In this document: in pieces, positions 24,201 through 35,902 of the stretch
How the letters are laid out: every line of letters starts with the position of its first letter
Numbering within the stretch: position 1 is the stretch's first letter
NCBI GenBank assembly: GCA_027604505.1
Contig: JADIIX010000112.1
Span: forward strand, 1 to 64,000
DNA from: Gonapodya sp. JEL0774
Lineage: Eukaryota
Direction of reading: 5' to 3'
DNA length: 64,000 nucleotides
The notes under the pieces: generated by a model
Database searches by the model: none
Seen by the model: only the letters and a program-made list of their open reading frames with translations
Told to the model about the DNA's origin: nothing
Translations under genes and position numbers: made by a program

Positions 24201-25697
24201 GGTCACAGGTGGAGTGGACGCGAGGGAGATCACACGCCAGGATGCCGCGGATATGGAGAGGACGCAAGGCGGAGGGAGTGGTGGAGCAAGATGGCAAAAT
24301 GCTGCACCACAGCGAGTGACATCGAGACTAACTGGAGGGTGTGCCAGAAATTGAATGATGGCATTGCTGAGGTTCACGTTCACAGATGCTGATTGTATGG
24401 GCGTCAGGTTGGACAATTGCAGCGTGGGCAGAAACAAGTGCAGAGGTCTCGCATATTCTTCTGGTACCGCCGCTGCCAGAGCAAATCGAGCAGCGAGAAC
24501 AATTGTTTGCCGCACCGGATGTCCAATAGCACGAGTAAGTAGTACACGCAAGTTTTCTGATTCCAAAGGAGCAAGAAATGCAGCGCGGAGGAGGAGGGAT
24601 GGGTCGACGGGAGCTTGGTAACGTAGGGAGCGTAAAGGGGTGAGCGCGAGGGACAGATCAGTGGGAGAGAGGGAAATAGCATTGGTACCGAAAAACGGCT
24701 CCAACGAGATCGGGCTCTCCGAGGTCTGAGCATAGAGGGAGCGGGAAGATGAGAGAGGGCGGGCTGAAGCATAAGGTGAGAAGGGATGTGATTTAGCAGC
24801 GGCAGTGCAAAGTGCTAGAGCGTGGAGTGGGAGTCTTGAGGTTGTGTGGAGACAAGTTGTTCAACAGGATCAGCTTCATTCACATGGGCATACATCCCAG
24901 AATCAGGGAAGCGGATTCCTCAGTCAAATGCTCCTTCCAAGAGAATCCGTTCCACGTTCCCCGGAAAAGATAAGGACCAAATTGCATGTTAAGCTTCTCT
25001 GCCTTATTAGAATCATTCACTCGATATGGCTCAGGAAGCGCATGAGTCACATGGTCTAAGATTCACAAATGGAGCTCTCTGGTTGAAAGACTCACGGTCC
25101 TCCGCACATCCGCACCACCGCTATCTCTATGGAGATGTGCGTTGCATAGGAGACGCCAGTTGCAAGGAAGCCTAGAGCAGACGCAGCATCTCTGGCGAGG
25201 AGATTCGCAGTGCAAGCTGCAGCAATTTGAAGGGGAAGAAGCCCGAATGATGAGACGTTTGGATGTGGTAGGATGGTGGACTGAAGGACCGCAAGAAAAG
25301 CCAGATATGGATCCGTGACGTTTGGGACTTGAAACTGGGTGATCCCTGCGTCCGAATTCTCCATTCTCACGGTCGTTCCCTCTCCAAGACATGCGTATGG
25401 CGCGCAAGCGAGCGTGGTGGTGATGAGATTGTTCAACTCAGTTTTCAACACCCCACCGACATCCCCAGTTCCCGGGCTGTCCAGCATCTCCAGTGCACAC
25501 ACTACAACTTCTTTCAAGCTAGCGACAGTCCCCAGGGCCTTTTCCCGAACCCCGGCAGCCAAAAGAACCGGGAGAGCTTGATCAAAGTCCCATAGCAATT
25601 TCTGCACTCCCACAACATTGCGCTCTGAAATGGCCTCCTCTAGCGCATGTTTGACTTGATGAGGCTGAGCAAAGTCCATTTGTGATCCCACGGCCAT
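21207..25697 (-). CDS. Large (>1300 aa) Ala/Leu-rich alpha-helical protein of unknown function
   Basis: 201-aa first-exon ORF (25697-25092, ends at a GTGAGT donor) plus a 1165-aa terminal ORF (24704-21207). Contains NLS-like KKRRRVE. No family recognised. Confidence 0.75.
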
Positions 25698-25763
25698 TGC
25701 TCATTGCACCTGCTTCTGGGGTTCCCACCACCACCACAGCAGCTAGAGCGGTACGGAAGACCG

Positions 25764-25770
25764 TATAAAT
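25764..25770 (+). promoter_or_regulatory. TATA-like element in a very short divergent intergenic region
   Basis: TATAAAT lies 22 nt before the SDR ATG (25793), inside the 95-nt gap between two head-to-head start codons. Confidence 0.3.
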
Positions 25771-25792
25771 CCGAACAAACAGATTTCGCAAT

Positions 25793-27349
25793 ATGACTCT
25801 TTTATGGTCGGCACGCACGCCAAACAAAGAACCTAATCCATACTACGAAAAAATTCTCTCCGGAAAGCGGGTGCTGGTATGCGGCGCCTCGACTGTGAGT
25901 TGTCCGGCAACGTTGGTCGAGACTCGTGGACATGGATTCAATGACGAATATGGTGGGATGTCCTACTGTCCCCAAAACCAACGTTTAACTAGGGTACAGG
26001 CCGCGATCTCGCCAAACTCTACGCGATGCATGGTTGCTTCGTCGTTCTGACCGCTCCCACCTTGGCAGAACTTGAACCGGCACTTGCCGACTGCCGGGGT
26101 ATCAGACGCGCTACACGTGATCACAAAGCTCGAAGAAAAAGTGTTGACAGCAATGTTTGGATGACGCCTGACGAAGTGGCGGTGGTTGGGTTAGCTTTCA
26201 ATGCGATGGACCCCGGCGCAGCAGAATCATGTGTCCTAGAGGCGGTAAAAGCTTTTAACGGCATCGGGGGAAGCGAAGCAAATGGGACACGGAATAGTGC
26301 AGGCCTTGACATTCTGGTTCTGATGCACACCATTAGCGCCTACTACCGTTTCCTCTCGGTACCCGCTGACAAAGCGGTGCGCGATCTGGAACGTCTGACG
26401 AGGGTCAACTACATATCCTACGTGGAGCTTACAATTCACGCTTTGCCGTATTTGCGGAGGGCAGGCGAGGAGAGGGCGAAGTCGGCGAAAGGGGGAGCGA
26501 AGGCGTGGGTTCGAAGTCAGATCTTAACCGTGTCGTCAATGTCCGCAAAGGCTCCACAACCGTGTACTTATGCATATGCAGCATCGAAGGTGGGTGATCA
26601 GGCAGGGGGCACAGTCGCTTAGACAGACTCTTCCATACTGGGAAGAAGTAGCTGGCCTCGATGTTGCCGCTTGGAATTCAACTGCACCTGCGACGGACCA
26701 CGGTCGAGCTTGGCGAATCTGATACCTCAGTTCACCTCGTTGACTACCTTGGGACTTGTCGGTCGGAGTTTCGAAGGCTCTCCAACCGCCTTTGGCCCTC
26801 GAGCTCCGCCAGGCGTTCGATTGCTCACCGGGGCTTAAATCATTATTTTTGGACCATGCAGGCAGCAGTGACGAGCATGTTCTCCTTGATTCACACTGAG
26901 CTCGCGAATCATCGTGAGTAGAACACGCAATTTGCTTAATGTGGTGTTGTATTTGACCGGATGAATCATCCCCCTCGCCACACACACTGATGACACACAT
27001 CACACTGGGACCATTTACCGCAGCTCGCTATCGTGATTTCATCTCACAAACCACGATTCATTACGGAGCAATCAAGTCTCAGGCTTACCTCGACGCTACA
27101 CGTACCAAATTTCCTCTCCTACTCTCTCGAGGTGGAGCTGTGGAAGTCCAGGATGCAGCATGGGCCGCACTGAAAGCAGGCTGTTCAGGGAAAGTGGACA
27201 TTACCTACCCAGAAAGCAACGCGCTGATAGGGGTACTGTGGGCGATAGGAATGAAGAAGACGGCTGTGTCCGTTACAGGTTGGGCGCATGGTGGGGTGAA
27301 GACAAGCTTTGGACCGGCTGAAGGGGAGGAGGATCCAGTTACAGAGTAG
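25793..27349 (+). CDS. Short-chain dehydrogenase/reductase (classical SDR, 11-beta-HSD-like)
   Basis: LSGKRVLVCGAST/GTGRDLA Rossmann motif split by an intron, GLDILVLMH, VNYISYV, ILTVSSMSA and catalytic YxxxK (YAASK). Stop TAG 27349. Confidence 0.88.
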
Positions 27350-27587
27350 ACTACTTGATGGTCTGAAATTGCACCTCAGCGCCATTAAAATTGAATAGTT
27401 TTGAGAGTTACCTATCCTGTACTCCAGTTGTTTTTGTCATCATATTGATACAAAGACAGGTATGCTGGGAGAGCGAAAAACTTTGTCGGTACTATCAGCA
27501 ACCCATGAGATTTTTTGTGACGGAGACGCTGTTGGGTTCTCTGTCGAAGATCACCTTCTCCTATTGTAATCCCATAACCATTTCATC

Positions 27588-28576
27588 ATGGATACATCCG
27601 ACGACACTTCAAAAGGGCTTCAAGCGTTCGCACGTCTTGCAGCAGGACATGCACAAACTGCTGCGACCGTTGGTGGTTGTAAAAAGTGTGGAGCTGGTGA
27701 GTGATTGAACAGCAAGCAACGGAGATGACCGGCAGTCCTACATGCATTCGCTCGGACAGGAGCTCTAGAACAAAAAAGCGCATGAACTACTGATTGAAAT
27801 GGTGTTGGTGGATGGTCACGGACAGGCAATTATTCGAGAACAGCTCGGAATTTTGGTGTGGACGATGCTTGCTGTTCACCACATTGGTTAATGCCGTAGT
27901 GGGCCTTCTGTGAGAATCAACATCTTGGTATCTTCATACCTCCGTTGCAGTTCATCGGTTCCTCGCGCGCTCTGTTCAATGACTCCCTGCCTTCCCATAA
28001 TGACATCTAACCTCAAGACCGTTTTCGATAGCCGGACACTTCGCCTTCCAGTGCCGTAATTTTATTAAGCTCGATTCTGCCCCCAAAAAGCTTACCGCTG
28101 CCGAAATTACAAAGCAAATGACCCTGGAGCTTCGGGAGCGAGCCAAGATGCTCGACGCTCAGGCGAATGATGCCAAAGAGAAGAAACTCAGGGAAGAACT
28201 GAAGAGAAAGCAAGAGCTCGACGTGAATAAGGGAAAGGGCAGTAAGAAGAGAAAGTCCGTGAAGAAAGGACAGGACGCGATGAGTTCAAAGCGCAGACGG
28301 AAAGACGAGAGCAGTAGCGAGGAGTCGGACTCGGAGACGGACTCGGAATCCGATTCAGATTCTACTTCCTCCTCTAGTGACTCATCAGAATCTTCCAACT
28401 CCGCCTCGTCCTCGGACCGCGGTAAGCGCAAGGGAAGAACTTCCCGGAGCAGTCATCCGTCATCTCGTCGTCGCCGCAGGGATGAGAGCAGTACTGAGGA
28501 CAGCAATAGCAGTGAAAGTGAAGGTGACAGGGGCAAAAGAAAGTCTTCTCGCAAGAATGATCTTGCGAGACGATAG
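27588..28576 (+). CDS. SREK1IP1/CXIP4-like CCHC zinc-knuckle protein with Ser/Arg/Lys/Asp-rich tail
   Basis: Removing intron 27697-28031 yields GCKKCGAAGHFAFQCRNFI (CX2CX4HX4C), followed by K/R-rich and S/D/E-rich low-complexity sequence. TAG 28576. Confidence 0.85.
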
Positions 28577-28893
28577 AAGGGAGCAGCTCGGTGAGAACAC
28601 AGCAAAGGGCATACCTCCTGTGATGGACTCCACTCGTGCCGGAGGACAGAAGCACCAGCTTAAGGCAATTGATGTTGATGTCACATGACCTCACTCACAT
28701 CGTGTTATAGCATGTAGGCCTCGTGGATGTAAAATACGTGTGTGAAAGCCGGCCCCGTCAGTTGAATCACTCGCGAACGATACGATATATAAGAGCTCAT
28801 GTGGTGTGTTCACATTGTACGAGATTGCAGTACGTACTCTCAAGAATGTTTCGAGCAGATTGCACGTTAGGTAGTGCCATGTCATCTACGTAG

Positions 28894-31800
28894 TCACTCC
28901 GCAGGCCGACCAGCCCACTTCTTTCCCTTCCACATGCGTTTTGCCCTCTCTATCTCATCAAGGTCACCAGATCCGCCAACTTCTTCCTCCAGCACCGAAT
29001 CCTGGCTACTCTCACCGTCACTCTCTTCGGTCTCTTCGGCTTTCTCATCCCCGACCCCGCCAATTCCTTCACGAGATTTCATCCTGGATGCACCTGAGTC
29101 TCGACGACGAGATGCAGTCGAAGAACGCCGGGACGATGAACTCGAACTATGCCGCCTAGAAGAGTGAGAAGACGCAGCGGCAGCTGCGGATGCACGGATA
29201 GCCGAGTCTGAGACAGGGTATTGGTATTAGGGATATGTAGGGTTTGTGTTGAAGAAGCCGTCAGTATACCATCTGCATAGTAAAAGGTTTTGGCGGTTAT
29301 GTGTTCCGGAACCCACCATGCCGTTGCACAAGGCCGCTCGGCTGTGTTGCCAACACCATAATGAAGTTGCACATGACAACATGATTACATCAATGGGCGC
29401 TACCAACAGCTCACACACATCATCTTACCTTTAAAACGTGCTTCTGGACATGCTTCGCGTCGCGTGCTCTTGCGAGAAAGGGATGTTCCAGCAGTTCAGT
29501 GGCGGTGGGCCTAAGTGGAATCATGTTGGAGGTTCATGTGAGTTCGTTACCGCCCACCACGCACCTTTTCTTTGGATCTCTCCTTGTACAACACTCAACA
29601 AACTTCCAAAAATCGAAGCTCATTCCTTTGCCAATCGCTAATTTCCTCCTCCTTCCGGCTTGCTTTCCTTTCCTCCTCGCCCCCCACTGCAGAAACCCGG
29701 CTTTACTACCCTTGGCAAGTGCCTTCTCTTCTTTCTCCCTCTCCCGATCTGCCTGGTCCTCATCTTGGACCATTCCACCCACGCCCGCCCATCCCGAACC
29801 AATGTCAGGGGCTGGACAGTCCTGCGTTATTTTACATAGCAGGATCTTGCAACCTGGCCACCCATCGAACATTGTTTTGCCAAATGCGAGCTCCACAGTT
29901 GCAAGTCCAATCGAATACACATCCGCAGGCGGTCCCACACGACCAGCTTGTGCGATTATTTCAGGGGCGCAGTGCTCGTGGTTGTCTCCGACTGGCACGA
30001 AGAGTGACCGGTGTAGTAGGCCTGATTGAAGGAGCGGCAGCGATGCGTGAAGCCCAGTCAGGAGCACATTACCCGTGTGGCAGAGAAGAATCGATGAGGC
30101 ACGAATGTCGCTAAAGTTTCAACGACAGAGTTGAGTTCAACGTTGACTGCGGAGAAAAAATAGCCAAACTCACTTGTGCATAACATAATTCGAGTGCATG
30201 TACTCGATCCCCTTCACAACCTCTTTCACAATTGTTGCAACAACACTTTCCTTGAAACCGAATCCGTCCGGAAAATACTCGCGCATGATTTGTTTACATG
30301 ATCCTCCACGTATGGGGTGGGTGACGGACCACAGACGGTCGTGCTCGACAAACGAAGTGTGGTAAGGCAAGACCACTGGGTGTGATAAGTGAGAGGTTAT
30401 GTGGATGGTGTGCTGAGGTACAGAGTTTTGGTTCTGATATCGCCAGATGGTAGACGAGTGAGGACCCGCTAAACTTACAATAACTTCCTCGATGAGTTCA
30501 AAGTCTGGAGATATAGTGAGATCAGTGTACTTAAGTGCAACAAGTTCACCGTTTGGTAAGTGTCTGGCCAGATACAGGAAAGAAAGATCGTCTACACCCC
30601 CTGCAGATGGATGGAGTGAGAGGTAGAAGGCACTGTTCGAGCTTATGATGTACCTGCGACAACCAACCTATCTGGCTCAGCAGCTCATAATCTTTAATTC
30701 TTGTCGAGTACCTTTGTTTGCTACCGTGGCTCTCTCGATCGAATGGAACACTATGCACCCGATGTGCTCCACTCAACTTCCAGAACGACATTCCGGACTG
30801 GACCCGAGAGGATGGCTTGGATGAGATAGAAAGCGGTGTATCAGTGGCAGAAATCTTCGTTTCCGAGGCAGCACTTGGGGAGAGTGGGGCGGTTGAGGTA
30901 ATTCTGTGGCGAGATGAGAATATCGAGTTGTTGGAGAGCTGGGTGTGGTTGAAATTTTCATTAGCTGGGTGGAAGCTATCTATTTTGTTAGGTAATTCTT
31001 TGCGATGAGGTTTCACGGCCAGTCGAGCCTGCTTCTTTCCGCTTTCTAGCGCGTTGACATTCACTCAGTTCAACGCACCAGGTCCCAAAAGCTCCTCCTC
31101 TTGGACGCAGTCTCGGTTGACGCTCCCCCACGGAGAGCTTGAGCGAATTCTGATGGAACCGCAGTTGCTGTAAGCGGTGGTGCTGCGAGATGAACCCGGG
31201 TACCTCCGTTGTCCGCGGCAGTTCCTCCGTCAGCTCCTGCACCACTATTTTCATCACCCGTGCCTCTGCGACTGGGGCTATTTCGACGGAGTGTTCCTCG
31301 ACCCAAAGTCCCCCTCGGAAGAGTTGCAGCAGTGATGACAATACCAGGTGACGAGCCACTCGAGTCGTTGTCCAGGGCACTCAAAGGCAAAGCTGTGTTA
31401 CTAGGGTCTGATGAAGACTCAGCATGTGAGGATTTTTCTGGGACCAATGAGGATTGTGCGACGTCTTTTGGCTCTGACGGATTGGAGGAGGATGGGAGCG
31501 AGGATTTCTCAAGAAGCGGTCCAGCAGACCTTCTTTTGCTCTGTGCACCTCTTCTGAGGGTGCCCTGCGGAAGGCCAATGTCATCATCTCGGAAATTTTC
31601 AGCTTTTGGAGAATATTCTGAATCTGCTGCAGCAATTGTGTCTGGAGTTTGCGGTGCGACGTTGAAGTGGGCTGTGAAAGTTGGAATGGGTGGGGAATCT
31701 TTGTAGGGAACAAGACATGATAACCAGAGAAGAGTGCGATCCACGTAGAATGGTGCATGTAGGGCCGAATGTGTGTCGAATAGAGTCCCGCAGCGACGTT

Positions 31801-32071
31801 ACCATCAAGAGAATAGGAACAGATGAGTACGAAGCACTCGAACGCCTCATTACGCGATCTCGCGTCGACCGAGCAGCCAATATACACCTAATGTTCCTTT
31901 CCCGAAAACCTTCTGTCCTTCCGCGTCCACTGCAGTTGTTGGTGATGGAGTTGCGCTTGACCGACGTCGAAGGGTCTCCTCGTCGAGCGCAGCTGTCTGG
32001 ATGGTTGGGTGAAACATATGCGACGGAAGAGGTGATGGAGGATTCGGCGGTGGTCGGAATACATCAGCCAT
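28894..32071 (-). CDS. STE20-related pseudokinase, STRAD-like, with disordered N- and C-terminal extensions
   Basis: Spliced kinase domain (about 30700-29450): YELLSQIGGVDDLSFLYLARHLPNGELVALKY, HPVVLPYHTSFVEHDRLW, GGSCKQIMREYFPDG, MHNDIRASSILL, VLLTGLHA, CAPEIIAQ, ADVYSIGLATVELAFG. Joining the upstream S/P-rich ORFs (ATG 32071, intron 31078-30980) to this gene is inferred; an alternative start is ATG 30791. Confidence 0.8.
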
Positions 32072-32197
32072 CGTCAGTGAAAATTTCAGGAGTCGGATTG
32101 TGAGGTTGGATTTGGACCGATCAGACCAGGGACCAGTTTTGGACAGAATAACCATCTACAATGTACAGATATTTACCATGTTAAGTAGCAATTGAGT

Positions 32198-34572
32198 CTA
32201 GAACCTTGTGATTGCAAGGAGTTGCAGCTCCGCCGGAGTTTTACTCGCGTGCGTTTCCCTCTGCAATTTCTTAATAGCGGTGAGCATGGAACCAAGCGCA
32301 CCCATCTTAGATTGCAGGTACTCGTCAGCCTCAAAGTTGGCAATCGACTCATCAAAGGACATCGACACGGGGGAGATTCCCAGTGTGGCCTTCTCTTCGG
32401 CAGTAAGGCGTTCGAATGGTGCTGTGGAAAGGCAGCGGTCACAATCATGTTCAATAGAGTGCCTGACAAACGACCCACTTTCTAAAGGTTCCGGAAGGTG
32501 CAAGTTCTCGTCTAAGCCATGCAGCCCAGCGGCAATCAAACCACCAGCAACAAGGTAGGGGTTGCTGGTACCATCCATAAATCTCACTTCAACGTGAGTC
32601 GGCGGGGTGCAAACTCTGAGACAGGCAACCCTGTTCTCCACTCCCCAGGCGGTGTAACCGCCGGGAATTTGTGATGCAGATATTCGGGCGTAGGAGGCTT
32701 CGGTCGGAAGCCCCAACACGGCGAGTCCTAATAGACGGCAAATTTCAAACGTAAGGAGTCGGACCATGCCTGAACACATGAATGGCATCACCAACTCGCC
32801 ATGCAGGTGCTTCAGAATTCCCGAAAGGAACTTGAGGGCCACGGTGGAGAGACCGGCCTTCCCATTTGGATCATGCAGAACATTCTTCCCAGTTTTCTCG
32901 TCGACCAGTGAGAAGTGCATATGCCTTTTCCCCACAAGAGACACACACTTTTATCTATCCCACTCTAGCTGTAAGAGCAAACGCGTTGATTCAAAACTCA
33001 CGCTCCAGTACCCCATGATGCCCCAACTGGCTTGGGTGCAAATGTGGCCCTCATTCCACCCTCTGCAGCTGTGCCTCTGACAACCTCCCTAGTGAGTGCG
33101 AGAGACCAACACCCTTCCTCCACCTCCAAAGGCTCTGAGGCAACTTCATACTGGCCGGGACCCTCCTCGGCGTGAGAGTCGTACATGCCGATATCAGCAT
33201 GTCCGAGGTTGAGAAGGATATCGTCGAAAATACGGCCAGGCTGGGTCGAGCATGTGGGGAGAGGGATGGGAGAATTGTCAGCGTAGCAAGTGGCACGTGC
33301 CCACAATGATTCTGTGGCTCACTTTGCCATAGTAGGCTTGAGGATCGCAATACTGAGAAGAATCAATCGTTAGTATCTCTTTTGAACCAGGATCGGTGGA
33401 CTCTATTTATCCATTGGAAAAGCGGGACGTCAGCGTCACGCGAACGCCCAATCGACGAATGCACAGGCAGAAAATATACGCACCAAACAAGTAAAATTCA
33501 GATTCTGTTCCAATAACAAGCTTCAGTCCATGTTTGGTTGACAGTTCTTTTCTCATGGCCTTTAGGAAGTTGCGGGAGCAGTACGCCCATGGATCGCCGG
33601 TGGCTACAGAGCACACTCAGAGCAAGCTCTCTGAACCCCACAAAACCGGTGACATACCGCGATTGATAAAATCTCCTGTTACTACCGCGTGATCGGGGCG
33701 GTAGCCGAGGTAGCGCAAGGTTGACAAGTCCGGGTACCATTTCGGCTCCGCCTTTGGCTGGTTCTGGAAAAGCAGTAATGAAAGTTGGGAAAAAGAGCAA
33801 AGACAACAGAACAATCACAACAACACACTTTACCAAACCCTGCAAAGGCAACCTCGTCGTCACCAAAGACCTGGTTAATAACGTAGGATGATGATCGGTA
33901 AAACAGCTGCAGGGGACAGTATTTAGCCATTTCATCCTAGCTTTACCATTGCCGCAGTCCATGGAGGCACTTAAGTGTGAAGTCGTGAGAGGAGGAATAA
34001 GAGCTGGAAGTCTCGAAAGCGTGTCGAGTCTCACTCACTTCCTCGACCCTTGAGGGCTATATCAGCGAAAAACTTTTTCGTGGGGTAGATGTACATCCTC
34101 AACATTCCTCTTTCCAACAAAATGGATTTCCCCGTTGAGGTCAGTAATCATGCCGAGAAGCCCTGTCAACACACAACGCAAGGTCTCACGAGTTATCCAG
34201 GTAGGCCATTCGCACAAATCGGATTCCATCTGCCTCCAGTCGGGTCTTGAGAAGTTGAGCTTGGCTGTTAGCAATGGAGTGAATAGTAATGTGAAGGGAA
34301 TGAATTGTGAGTGAAACCACAAAAGGTGAAGACATGGGTGAGGATGAGCGGGCCACGTAGCCCAGAGAGCCAGGAGAAACCAGTTCAAGAGGACATCACT
34401 CCACAAATTGCGTGTGATATTGTCCCTCGTCCGTTCAGTTGTAATTCGTCTGCGGTGATCGATAATGATCACAGGTACAAGCAGTATCGTGTACTCACGT
34501 CTCTTTATCAGATGATTGGGCAAGAAGCGCTGTCAATTCTTCAGCTGTCAGCGTAGGGGGTTCAGTAGCCAT
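32198..34572 (-). CDS. Type I glutamine-synthetase-like protein (FluG C-terminal/gamma-glutamyl-amine ligase type)
   Basis: Motifs WYPDLSTLR, CSRNFL, IGTESEFYL, HAEEGPGQYEV, ATFAPKP, GTGA/HMHFSL, SYARI, AWGVENR and VEVRFMDGTSNPY. ATG 34572; many introns. Confidence 0.9.
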
Positions 34573-35902
34573 CACCAATTCTTTGTGTGTAAGATATTGG
34601 AGGTACTAATGCTAATCAGTGTTGTTTTGGGTATGCGGACTGTGCGTTTCACGCGGAACCCTCTTGCCGCGCATTGACGGGTCCCCTCCCCGCTATCTCC
34701 ACCATCCGGAGCAACAACGGCCCTCATGCCGAAGAGTTCTGCGAATGAAGAGACAAACGAATAATCTGAAACAAAAGTCTTTCCATGAGGTGTGGTACAG
34801 TATTGGTGGAGTTAACCCGTATAGTAAGACTCGTTACCACACCAACTACTATACAGAACTATCGTCCTGATGTTCTGATGAATGTGCGGATTCGGTAGTT
34901 GGTATTAATAGCAATTCCCAACTTCGAAAGGACCTTATTGCTTGGAATCCACGAGAAGTGCCCGATACGAACAACGCAAGGTGGTTCCATTCGAGTATTG
35001 CGTAAGGAGGTGTGTAAGAACGACAAAGTCTCTGCAAAAAGCAGTCACAGTTCCTTCAGTTGTTCAATCCGGTGAAGGCTTCAACACTGCTTCAATATTT
35101 GTGGGTGAACCGTTCTCCAACCGAACACTGAAAAGTTTCAATTCCACATCCGGCCACTCCACATCCTTCGATTACGCAAGGTAAATCATCAGAATCAATT
35201 GGTGCTTGTCCTTTTTTCTCTCATTGTCCTGGGAGTGCAATTTTATAAGCACTGAACAAAACCGATTCCCCACAAGGCCGTCAACAGTCACCAGAAGTTT
35301 TCTTCATTTTTATGTACTATGATTACGCATTGTAGTTTTTGATCTCCTCCGTCTGCACCTTCGTTGGGTCTGTGCGTGTTTCAGAGCTCGGGTCGGCATT
35401 TATGATGGCAACACAATATGTTTGCTTTTGCAAAACTCGCAGCACGGAAGCTCTCCTTCCCGGGATTCCAACTTTTAGTCTCTCCACTACGAAGGTCGTT
35501 TACATCCATTTTTGGAAATCCATGTGCCTGCGGTCCTTTCTTGTGTATTCCTTTGCCTGAAAGGAAGGGTCCTGTTGGGTGTCACCCTATAGTTTTCTTG
35601 CGGAGAATGCCAGCTTCCCGAAGCATCCAACCGCTTCACCAATTTCACACAGAATGTTTGTGTCATCTAATTATTCATCGTGAGACACGTGATGCGTCCA
35701 GGAAAAGAGTGAACAGGAGAACTTACTTGGAACGGCTCCGGGAAACGGACTCCGATGAATGAACCGTTCCCGCCCAATCCCTCCGAACCTCCACAGTAAT
35801 AGAACAAATGTCAAGCCGCATCCACATCCATCCTCTCAGCATAAAAGCGATTTCTGGTAGCCCACTCCCATCCACATCGCTCGGCCACTTGGGTTCGCAA
35901 TC

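Noticed and set aside
34745..34860. Two adjacent hairpins upstream of the GS-like gene (e.g. GTGTGGTA/TACCACAC)
   Set aside because: No box motifs lie in the expected positions and short stems can arise by chance; insufficient support for an ncRNA call.
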